Of a stretch of DNA of 64,000 bases, positions 52,805 to 64,000 are shown in pieces. The stretch covers positions 68,200,001-68,264,000 of the forward strand of contig NC_042997.1 in assembly GCF_006345805.1 (NCBI RefSeq). Reading direction: 5' to 3'. This stretch comes from Octopus sinensis. Lineage: Eukaryota. The translations under genes and the position numbers were made by a program. The notes beneath the pieces were generated by a model. The model saw only the letters and a list, made by a program, of their open reading frames with translations, ran no database searches and was not told where the DNA came from. Each line of letters begins with the position of its first letter. The stretch's first letter is position 1.

Positions 52805-53190
52805 AGGAGTGGCTCTGTGGCTTGCTTACCAACTACATGGTTCCGGGTTCTTTCCCACTGCGTGGCACCTTGGGCAAGTGTTTTCTACTATAGCCTCGAG
52901 CCGACCAAAGCCTTGTGAGTGGATTTCGTAGACGGAAACTGAAGGAAGCCCATCGTATATATGTATATATATATATGTATGCGTGTGTATATATGTTTGT
53001 GTGTCGGTGTTTGTCCCCCCACCATCACTTGACAACCGACGGTGGTGTGTTTACGTCACCGTAACTTAGCAGTTCGGCAGAAGAGACCGATAGAATAAGT
53101 ACTAGGCTTACAAAGAATAAGTCCTGGGGTGCTCCAGCATGGCCGCAATCAAATGACTGAAACAAGTAAAAGAGTAAAAGAGTAAAGAGT
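52805..53190 (+). mobile_element. SINE family B, full length
   Basis: Same head-microsatellite-tail layout as 9490-9897. Confidence 0.9.
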
Positions 53191-53773
53191 ATAATGAGAG
53201 ATCTAGGTGAAGTGGTTACAGTAAAAGCTAAACGGATCATAAAGAATAAAATTCTGATCCTGTGACTATAGATAGATTACTAGCTTACGGCTATAAATAG
53301 TATATACTAATTAGAATTCAAAGGTACTTGTCAGTTTATGTGTTGCTTGTGCATTAAAAAAACATATACCTTACATTTCACATCATTCAGAAAAGGTGTC
53401 GAATGCACTATGAATAAATTAATTAATCCATGTTGTCAATGCATGTCACTTTATGCGAATTAAGAGTCAGATGACTAAGAAGACGGGCAAGTTTAGTTAA
53501 GTTCTAGCTTGTAAACAGTTATAAATTACTGTAAGCTACTGATCACTCCAGAGTATTCTTTCTCATTAGGAAGGTCAAGCCAATCTTATATCTGAAAAAT
53601 AAACGTGTTTTGACCGCTTCCTTTACTTATCACAAGGAGGCTAAAATAATATGGTTATTAAAAAGGGAACATCTCAAATAGTACTTATGCATGCTTATAA
53701 ATAGATATATTAGTGTGCGTGTGTGCGTGTGTGTATGTGTGTGCATGCATGCACACACACATATCTATGTATA

Positions 53774-53818
<45 letters not shown>

Positions 53819-53942
53819 CACATATAAATACAGACTCACCAGTGCAATGAGGTAGGGATATGCTAGTATACATACATACATATATATTACATATGTATGT
53901 ATGTATGTATGTATGTATATATATATATAATATATATATATA

Positions 53943-53978
<36 letters not shown>

Positions 53979-54039
53979 TTTATATATAATATATATATGT
54001 ATGTATGTATATCTATCTCTCTATCTATCTATCTATCTA

Positions 54040-54083
<44 letters not shown>

Positions 54084-54129
54084 ATATATAATATATATAT
54101 GTGTATATATTATATTATATATATTCTTT

Positions 54130-54324
54130 TATTTTTGCATGGTGGAGTACCGCCTTAAAGGGTTCTAATAGAACAAATCGATCCCACAACTTATTCTTTG
54201 TAAGCCTAGTACTTATTCCACCAGTTCATTTTCCCGAACCGCTAGGTTACGGCGGCATAAACATACCAGCATCAGTTGTCAAGCGATGACGGCGGGAACA
54301 AAAACAGATATACACATAAACATA

Positions 54325-54358
<34 letters not shown>

Positions 54359-54632
54359 CATACATACATAATACATACAGACATACATACATACATATAT
54401 ACATACACACACAACACACATACATATATATATGCAATGAGAATTTTGTCATTATGTAGTAATATTATATATATACACGACGGTCTTCATTCAGTTTCCC
54501 TCTACTAAATCCACTTAAAAGACTTTGGTCGGCCGAGGCTATCGTAGAAAGCATTTGCCTAAGGTGCCACACAGTGGGACTGAATCCAGAACCATGTGGT
54601 AGGAAACCAAGCTTCTTACCACGTCTCCGCCT
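54130..54632 (-). mobile_element. SINE family B with expanded (TACA)n spacer
   Basis: Tail at about 54130-54300, head at about 54477-54632. Confidence 0.8.
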
Positions 54633-54699
54633 GCATATATGTATGTACGTATGTATGTGTGTGTGTGTGTATATGTATGTATATATATAACGGAAAGCT

Positions 54700-55315
54700 T
54701 TATGAAAATAGACAAAAGACGAAGGCAGGTGGAAAACAAACGAACAATTGTATTAGTATGGCGCTCAGGAAATATAAATAAAACAAGTCTTTAACGTTTC
54801 GAGCCTACGCTCTTCAACAGAAAGATACACAGAGAGAAAAAAAACACAGAAAGAAGGAGAGAAAAAAAATGTGTGCAGTAGCTAACGAATCAACATGGCG
54901 ATCTGATTTCGGCCAGAGATCAAAGATCAAACATGAGACGCGAGAGCGAAATAAGGGGAGATAATAGGGTTGATAATAGGGTTGAGGGACCAGCTAATAG
55001 TGCGTAGGAGGAGTCTGGACGTGTGTATGTATAGGGTTGGTGTATGTATTAGTATGTATAAGGGTGGGTGTGTGTGTGTGAGAGAGTATTAGTGCGTAGG
55101 ATTGGTCTGGACGTGCGTATGTATGGGGTTGGTGTATGTATTAGTATGTATTAGTATGTATTAGTACGTATTAGTATGTATAAGTGTGTGTGGTGTGTGT
55201 GATGAGAGAGTATAAGTGCGTATGAGGGGTCTGGACGTGTGTAGTTTGGTTGGTGTATGTATTAGTTGTATTAGTATGTATTAGTACGTATTAGTATGTA
55301 TTAGTTACACATATA
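54700..55315 (-). mobile_element. Penelope-type 3' region and terminal repeat (GTAG family) with internal minisatellite
   Basis: TCTTT-CTGTTGA-A-GAGC-GTAG-GCTC-GAAAC-GTT-AAAGA at 54788-54825 (minus). Three 90-120-bp units start at 54999, 55091 and 55215. Confidence 0.7.
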
Positions 55316-56900
55316 TACAGATACAGATACATACATATATTACATGTATACACACACACACACACACATATATACATATACATACACACACATGCATATA
55401 TATATTCCTATATATGCATATATATATATGTACGTATATAAACGCACACACATATTTATATGTACACCCCCCCCCACACATATATATATATATGAACATA
55501 CGTGTATATACGTGAATGCATATATAGGCCTGTATGTGTATATATGTATGCACTTATATGTATATATGTATATTCATATATCCATATTTTCATCTCCCAC
55601 CTCTATCTATATTTTTTCAACTATCTATTTATCTCTCTATCGTTCTACTAATCTGCTTAGCATAAATCTAGGTCCTGCTGCGATTTGGAGCTCTTAAGAC
55701 GCAAAACGTCCTCAAATACTGACGATCTGTGCGGTTACTGCAGGTTTTGCAATGCTTTTAGCAAAGGTCAGGTTACAAAACTATTCTGTTTCCCTCTTCC
55801 ACAGTCCTGGCGTACTCATATTGGTAGCTTCTTCATTACAGAGCTGTTAATAGAAAGAGAAGAATCGAGGAATTGCTGCCCAGACGGACACCAGGAAAGA
55901 TGCTAAAGTTTGCAATATCAAATATCTGTTCTGAAAAGTCAGCTGCAGTACACATATATATCTTACAGTCTTAAACGATAACATATGCTTGGGTGATATT
56001 CAATACGGATTCTCGATGGATGCAGTCAAAGGCTTTTTTTTTCATGTTTACAAATTAGATTGACACTGCCAGCCGAAACTCTGCACTATTCGATGTTCCC
56101 AACCTGAACATTTGCTCAGTACAAACTAGAAATAAATTAGCAATGTTTATGTGTGAGTGTGTGCGTGTGTGTGTGCGCGCGCGCGAGTTTCCTCAAGTAC
56201 TGACGACCTGTGCGGATTCTGCTGTTTCTCATAAATATTGTTAAGTATTCAAATATTTCAATACGAAATAACCTATTAGTTATAACTGCTTTTCCTATAA
56301 TCTAATAGGCAAAAATTTTTCTAAAAGCTTTATTTTTAGCATATTTCAGAGATAGATAATTAATTGCCATGATGTAGAATTTCTATGTTTATTTTTTATT
56401 CTTTCGTTATCTACTGACGTCATCAAAAATTAAATAGTACACTGGCTTTTCCTAGAATATTCTATTACTTCTTACCGTACTTTTTGTATGCGTTCGTCTG
56501 CTAGAAATCTTTTCTCAGTTTACTTTGAATTTAACCAATTTGAGATTGTCGTGATAACATTGCGTTAGCATATATTTTCGAATATATTGAAACGACCTGT
56601 TCTTTCTGTATCTAAATATACTTTCTCAATAGAAGAAGATCGTCGGTAATGCATGGTATAACCACAAATTAAGATGTGCTCTTCTTTATTCTTGTTCACG
56701 TCTTATTCTCCAAATTTCTTGAAATTCTTCTAAGCGATATTTGGATTTACTTGTCATACATAAAGTATTACCTTGGATGTTAATTCAACTTGATTGGTTT
56801 ATAATTATTTGATACAGTTAACCAAATTCATTTAATACTGTTTTATAGATATCTGCCTGGATTTATTAATCCCTTTTAGTTCAATACACACACACATACA

Positions 56901-56961
<61 letters not shown>

Positions 56962-57014
56962 AACATATGTGTGTGTCGATAAGAATCTCTAATTTATCCG
57001 CATAGAAAACGATT

Positions 57015-57985
57015 TTCGATAGTTTTGCACCCCTTTATAACACAGTGCTAAAAGACAGTGGATTTAAAAGAAAAATATATATTAAAAACACAATATTTAA
57101 AAAACAAATTAGGCAAACGGTTTCCAAATATTGCGAATTCAAGCATCGACACACCTCCCATGAACAACGCCACCGAATACAGAAACCAACAACACTTTAG
57201 AAGACACTATAACTTATAACAATAACTATACTGGGCAGAATAGGAAGAACTCAGGGAGGAGAAGGGAAATTATATGGTTCACACCCCACTTTTCCCTCCA
57301 GGTCTGAAACCTCCCTAAATAATTTTTTAGTATTATCGATAGGAATTTCCCACAAGGTCATAAATACAACTCTATATTTAATAGATCCTACCTTAAATTA
57401 TCTTACTCAACCACACCCAGTCTAGGACCTATTATCGCGGCCAACAATAGACTTAAACTTAGAAATAATGGTAATAATAGAGATGGTTATTTAGCTGAGC
57501 TTAATATGAAGAATAATAATGAGAACCCTCATATTAAAAATAGAAAGGCTAAACCTGGCAATAAAACAAATAAAACATGTAATTGTCGTAATAAGGAGCT
57601 TTGCCCCCTAAAAGGTTTCTGTTTAAGGAGAAATGAGTATAAAGTTGAAGTCTTAACGCTTAACGAATCTAAAAAGATTTACATTGGTAGTACGACGGAT
57701 TTTAAAATTAGATACGAACTAATTTACTAACCACAAAACTAAAAATTAAACCACACTAGTTGCCCGCATCAATAAATTAAAAGTGCACGATAAAGAATTC
57801 AGTCTAGATTGGTGTCTATAATAACGGAAACCACACCATATAATACACACAAAAATTGCAATTTATGCACGAAGGAGGCGATCCACATAATCCGTGCCAA
57901 CAAAAATAGCTTACATAATAAGATATCTGACGTCATAATTACCTGTAGACAGAAATATCTTTCAACTTTTAAATTCTTCCCTCAA
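57015..57985 (+). pseudogene. Penelope-like retroelement ORF remnant (RT thumb/linker plus GIY-YIG endonuclease)
   Basis: APLYNTVLKDSGF, IWFTP, IIDRNFPQGHKYNSIFNRSYLKLSYS, CNCRNKELCPLKGFCL..YKVEV..IYIGSTTDFKIRY, CNLCTKEAIHII..NKISDVIITCRQKY. Frameshifts and stops are present. Confidence 0.88.
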
Positions 57986-58161
57986 GATATAAGATCCTAA
58001 TCTAGCCATGCTTCATATATTATATATAGCGTCTTAATATACCTTAGCCTGTAACTTTAATTATATCATCTGCATGAAGAGTATGATTCGACTAAACATT
58101 CGTTTTTTTAAATTCTCGAACCTCTCATATCTCTTAAAATCTTAACAACTCGTTGAATCCC

Positions 58162-58254
58162 TTAACTCTGATGAGGGAAGTATAGATAACTGCTATGGTT
58201 GGAGTTAGCTCGCCTATATCAAGCTATAATCTTCTCGAAACGGCCGTAAGATTT
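58162..58254 (+). ncRNA. Type I hammerhead ribozyme with extended stem II, in the Penelope 3' terminal repeat
   Basis: CTGATGA (58168-58174), stem II GGGAAG-TATAG...CTATA-AT-CTTCTC, GAAAC-GGCC-GTA with palindromic ACGGCCGT. Stem I is partly decayed. Confidence 0.75.
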
Positions 58255-58625
58255 TGTACCTATTTAGGATTCCTCATGAATCATCTTATACTAACTTTCT
58301 TATCTACCCTCTTCATTGATTCTAATACGGACATTGGACTTCGCAAATACATCTATATATTTATATCTATGTGTTTATTTATTTATAAACTTTTATGTGC
58401 TTATAAATTTTTATATACTTCTAAATCTTCGTATGTATATGTGTTTATGAATACTTATAAATTTGTTTATCATATCTCATATGTGAAAGCATCTATGTAT
58501 ATTGTATATTGTGGAGAATTTCGATAATTTGAAATGGATTGAATGAATATATACACCGACCTTTGAAATTTGTTTCTCTCCTTCTTAATTTTATATACAT
58601 ACATATATACATACATATATATATT

Positions 58626-58693
<68 letters not shown>

Positions 58694-59404
58694 ATATCTA
58701 CTTACGGAGTGCGTGCGTTTTGTCATATAATATATTAAAAAATGAAATAAAACATATGCATATATATAAACATATATGTACGTACCTACCCCTACATGTA
58801 CATATACACGCATATATGAGTACAGGACACCAAAGGGACGTCGAACACAAAGAGAAACGAAAACATAGACACAAACCAAAGTACTGGACATTTTTTTAAA
58901 AACAACAAAGAAAAAACCCCTTCTTCAGTCGCTATGGTTTCATATACTCTACGTTTCGAAGGATAAAAGCGAGACGTATCTTCGACAAGAAACTTTCCTT
59001 CCTGCGAAAAGCAAATCAATTAAAATTCTGAGATCTTTCGCAGAGGGGTAAAAAATAGGTAAAAAAAATGGTTAAAAAAAACAGGACAGTAACGACAGTA
59101 CAAAAATATAAACAGTAAAAGACAGGACAGGGAAAAACAAGATAAGAAGGGCTGTTGACGCCGAACGAACGAAAAAAGTATTGCAAACGCAGAATTTTTG
59201 TGAACGACAGGGGAGCAGGAAGAATGTCGTCCAGTACCTGAAAGGCCAGGCCAGAAAGACAGTCAGAGCGGAAGTATCGCCGCGGGTGACGACGGGAAGG
59301 GGGGAAGAGGAGCCGAGGAAGGGAGAGAAGAAGGGGAATGGCTGCGAGGAGGAAACCATGAAGAATTGTGAGGGGGAGAGAGAGAGTGAAGAATGATGAG
59401 AGAA

Positions 59405-59504
59405 GAGGAAGAGACAAGTTAAGTAGAGGAAAAGAAATCAAAGAATAGGGATGGACAGAAAGGTTTTGATTTTCTTTTTCCTCTACTTAACTTGTCTCTT
59501 CCTC
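59405..59504. repeat. Fold-back inverted duplication (38-40-bp arms, 22-nt loop)
   Basis: gaggaagagacaagttaagtagaggaaaagaaatcaaa versus the reverse complement of 59465-59504; they differ only in two homopolymer lengths. Confidence 0.9.
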
Positions 59505-59871
59505 GTTAGGAGATCCCGTGTAAACTCGTTGGGCATTCGATCGAGTAGCTTCCTTTTCTACCCCTCGTTTAGATAATTTACTACTTCCGAGGTTCTGCTA
59601 GCTATGAAACATATGTAGCCTGGATTTTATCTGCTCCATTCCCTAAATTTTGTTTATTCGCTCATACAACAAGCTAACCGTGAGTTATAAAATTAACTTC
59701 TCTGCGCCAATAAACCATTATTGTTCCTGAAAGTTGTTTCTATACTTTCTGCGGATTGCTTTGCAGCTCTCTAACTTCATGCACCTTGATCCTTGGATTT
59801 TACCTTTACACACACACACACACACACACACAACACACACACACACACACATGCATATATATAAGTATGTA

Positions 59872-59980
<109 letters not shown>

Positions 59981-60970
59981 AAGTGTGTATATATGCATGT
60001 GCGTATATGTATGTCTGTATGTATTGGATGGTAGACTCAACTTGCCTCCTGATTCAACACTACGACCAGGTACCTTGCTTGCTTTTAGGGGAAACCGCTC
60101 AGTTGGGAGCATTCACGCCACGCTTCAGGTTTGAGGATACTTTTTCTCCCACTTTCTTCTATTAGTGCAAGGTCACCTTTTACGGCTCTAAGACACCGCT
60201 CCACCCCTTCTTATAGACATATATACACACACACAAACATATACGCATTATATATATATACGTTTATATGTATGTGTATATATGCATATATATATGTGTA
60301 TGTATACATACATGCACAATCACATACACACTCATATATATTTAGTAACATGTCGCGCACATATATAAGCACACGCACTGGCTCTCTCTCTCTCTCTCTC
60401 ACACACACACGCACAGACATGCATACACACACACACACACACGTTCACGCCCCCACACGTTCGCGAAACCAGTTGCATTAACCGGAATGCTTCATTGATT
60501 CGCCTTATAGTACATTGCAAGCCTAAAATTGGCAGGCATCCAATTGATAGTCGAACAAGGTGTAAGTAAATGGAAAGGAAACTAACAGAACACATATATT
60601 TAACACCACATCGTTAATAAACTCCTTTTACCAGGTAGCAAAATAAGCAAAGTAAGCAAAGACATGTGTCTTGATCAACTAGAAATAATAGCCAAATTTA
60701 TCTCAAATACACCCGTACCGCTTAGAAAAGCAATTAGTATATTCAGTCAGAGATATAAAAATGTTGGTAAGTACAGATGTAACGGCTTTGATCATGATTC
60801 TACTTGATCAATAATGACCTCGACTTAAATAACTATGACTTTATAGTTTTCTGCCTTCTATATCAAACGTGCTATAAATAGTGGGCGGGTGGTTTAGATG
60901 CATTGCTAAATATACATATATATATATGTGTGTGTGTTGTGTGTGTGTTGTGTGTGTATGCGTGTGCGTG

Positions 60971-61007
<37 letters not shown>

Positions 61008-61274
61008 CGTGCGTATTAATGTATAGAGGGATTTAAAAACTCCTTTAGCACAAATATAAACCGACTTTCAACTGAGGCTAGTTGAGGTCATTTGAGATTT
61101 TTAATTGCCCTTCACATCCTCCTGTATGTAACACTCGCTCTGTTCTTTCCCACAAATCTTTCACGTCCCCAGAGATTCCAGAATAGCTTGATAAAGCACC
61201 GTAGTAGTTATACCGTGCCATTCTTAGAATGTCAATCCAATCACTGTTTCGTAATAACATGATTTGTAATATAT

Positions 61275-61485
61275 ATAAGGTGAGCTGACATGCCGGGCAA
61301 AATGCTTGTGCCCCGCCTCACAACATCGCTTGACAACTGATGCTGGTATATTTACGTTCCCATAAGTTAGCGGTTCGGCGAAAGGGCCCGATAGAATAAG
61401 TACTGGGGCCAATTTGTTCGACTAAAGGCGGTGCTCCAGCATGCCGCAGTCAAATAACTGAAACAAATAAAAGAATAAAAGAAAG
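61275..61485 (+). mobile_element. SINE B 3' half joined to a SINE A-like head fragment
   Basis: ggtgagctgacatgccgggcaaaatgctt, then caacatcgcttgacaactgatgctgg...tgaaacaaataaaagaataaaag. Confidence 0.7.
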
Positions 61486-61532
61486 GAATATATATACATA
61501 TATATATATATATATATCTATATAATATATAT

Positions 61533-61586
<54 letters not shown>

Positions 61587-61918
61587 ATGTGTGCGCGCGC
61601 ACGTGTATATGTATGTATATTTATATGTAATGGTTATCTCTCGTACTTAGAGAAAGACGGTTCTGTAAATTCTTGCCGAACGATCTGCACAAAGGATTTG
61701 TTTATGTTGATCAGTTGTATCTGCTGTACATTAGCTCACACTCTCAAACAAATCGACTGAACAGGTGCAACGATGTATCACATATCACGAAGTGATCACA
61801 GAGCAACATGAAATGAATTACTTTACTTACGAAGACAACGCACCACGCGGTATATGAAACTCCGCGCTCGCAATCAAGCGTGCAAACACCTTAACCATTG
61901 GGCCATGTGTCGTCGACA

Positions 61919-62009
<91 letters not shown>

Positions 62010-62010
<1 letters not shown>

Positions 62011-62422
62011 ATCTTTTTCCTTTTAATTGTTTCATTGTCAGACTGCGGTCTTGCTGGGGCCAGCCTTGATAATAAATTGACCCCTGTACTTATATTTTTA
62101 TAGGCTTAGTACTTATCATACCCTTTTTTCCCGTTGGAGTACTAATTTATGGAGACGTAAGCACGCAACACCGGTGTCAAACAGTGGTGGATGCAAACAC
62201 AGACGCAAAGACACATACACATAGATATCTATATACACATACACATACACGCACGTGCGCGCGCACACACACGCACAAACGCATATAAACAGAAACACTC
62301 ACAAGGCTTTAGTCGGCCCGAGACTATTGTAGAAGGCACTTGCTCAAGGTGCTACATGGTGAACCTGAGCCTGGATCGGGTCCATGTGGCTGGGAAGCAA
62401 ACTACTTAGCACACAAAGCCGT
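62010..62422 (-). mobile_element. SINE family B, diverged
   Basis: Tail at about 62010-62210, head at about 62290-62422, microsatellite spacer between. Confidence 0.7.
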
Positions 62423-62468
62423 ATAATATATATATATATATAATATATTATATATATATATATATATA

Positions 62469-62539
<71 letters not shown>

Positions 62540-63014
62540 AGGTATGTATGTATACAAAAGTTGGTATGGATTTGAGCGTTATTTACCAAGACAGGAGCTT
62601 TCATATGGACTTTTGGCATTGCGACCTATAAATGAACTTGTTTATGTTGGCGGCGGGCGAGAGCCGTCCGTTATGTGGCGGCTTTATGAGGGATCCTCCC
62701 TTTGGAAAATATTGCAGTATTTTGTGCTAACGCAACAGCGACTTTAAGTGAAAGATAAATATTACGTTTTGATATTAATACTGCTTCTGTCGCTATTAAT
62801 TATTATCATTGTAATCCTTCATGTCGAATTGTGACAACGCCCACTCTGACAGTATAGTTAGTAAAACAAGTAAGACCACGACTACCTATGACATTCTATT
62901 TCGTACTCTCTGTTTATACTGGCTAACGTCACCTTATTTATGGTGACTTTCACATACCACTCGTCCCGTGGGAGGGGTACCATTATTACTATTATCCCCA
63001 CAACAATTATATAC

Positions 63015-63160
63015 CTAGCTAACTAGCTAGCTACCTACCTACCTACTTACCTATCTACCTACCTACCTACCTACATACCTACCTACCTACATACCTACCT
63101 ACCTTCCTACCTACCTACCTACCTACCTATCTACCTATCTACCTACCTATCTACCTACAA
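63015..63160. repeat. (CTAC)n microsatellite
   Basis: Directly visible. Confidence 0.93.
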
Positions 63161-63679
63161 ACATACATACATAGATACATACCTACATGCATATACATAT
63201 ATATACATATGTGTGTGTGTGTGTATGTATATGTATATGCATGTATATATGCACACATATACATACGTTTATATAAACGTATGTATATAGTAATGCTGAT
63301 GTTGCGCAGAAGACCACCATTGGCTATTGTCCATGTAAAATGCCAGCAATGGTCATGCATGAGGTCAATGCATCAGCAGTCGGCTTCACCCGGGCTCGCA
63401 TCTGCGGCTTCCATATTCGCCGCAGCACCCCTCTACTTGACCAGGCATCGGACAGACACCTCGCTTTGAATGACCTAAAAACCTAAAATTTAAGGTCTAA
63501 TAAGGCTTGCAAAATACCTAACAGACCCTCTCACTCTACTGACAAGTTCCAAATAGAAGCCAGGACAAAATATCCAGTGCCAATAGGAGTCGCAGGCAAA
63601 ATGAATGTGGGAGCACCATGATCTGAAGTGCAAGCAAAAGATCCCCAAAATGTTTAATGCTATTCCCTACGTACCCGGT

Positions 63680-63997
63680 TTTATAAAGCACTCCGTCGGT
63701 TACAACGACGAGAGTCCTAGCTGATACGATCAACGGAACAGCTTGCTCGTGAAATTAACGTGCAAGTGGCTGAGCAATCCACAGACACGTGTACCCAGGG
63801 AGATTCAGCGTGATAAAGAGTGTGACATAGCTGGCCCTTTGAAATACAGATACAACTCATTTTTGCCAGCTGAGTGGATTAGAGCAACGTGAAATAAAGT
63901 GTATTGCTTAAGGACACAACACATCGCCGGGAATTGAACTCACGACTTTACAATCGTGAGTCGAATGCCCTAACCACTAAGCCACGCGCCTTCACAT
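63680..63997 (-). mobile_element. SINE family C, full length
   Basis: Head gaaggcgcgtggcttagtggttagggcattcgactcacgattgtaaagtcgtgagttcaattcccggc with A and B boxes. The body matches 33437-33757. Confidence 0.88.
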
Positions 63998-64000
63998 ACC

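Noticed and set aside
55710-56230. ~40-bp duplicated motif cctcaa.tactgacga.ctgtgcgg at 55710 and 56191
   Set aside because: It contains CTGACGA but no GAAA half-core, and is too short to interpret.
58915-58990. Permuted (type II-like) hammerhead on the minus strand: CCTTC-GAAAC-GTA...CTGAAGA-AGGG
   Set aside because: Pairs flanking the core in stems I and II are mismatched, so no credible fold.
63300-63680. GC-richer coding-like segment, including a PKMFNAIP motif reminiscent of CR1/L2 3' ends
   Set aside because: A single weak motif with stops in all frames; not assignable without a homology search.

Overview
This is AT-rich, repeat-saturated eukaryotic non-coding DNA. The tRNA-derived SINE families and very high microsatellite load suggest an octopus-like cephalopod genome; this is inference from recalled repeat sequences, not a database match. 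I recognise no host protein-coding exon, rRNA, true tRNA or CRISPR array, and almost all ORFs in the track are microsatellite artefacts. Mobile-element remains dominate: three or four SINE families, a Helitron Pif1-helicase pseudogene, a complete non-autonomous Helitron, a DD41D mariner, a Tc1 N-terminus, hAT- and piggyBac-type MITEs, and several Penelope-like (GIY-YIG) retroelement remnants. The most notable signal is a cluster of hammerhead ribozyme (HHR) motifs. Four are near-complete type I HHRs: one at the apex of a 261-bp rod-like fold-back element (20174-20434), one U3-A8 variant inside a young 362-bp-period, retrozyme-like repeat (40618-41179), and two with long stem II (41398-41489 minus; 58162-58254). 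About eight further degenerate copies sit in Penelope-type terminal repeats. Folding was done by eye, and boundaries of decayed repeats are approximate.
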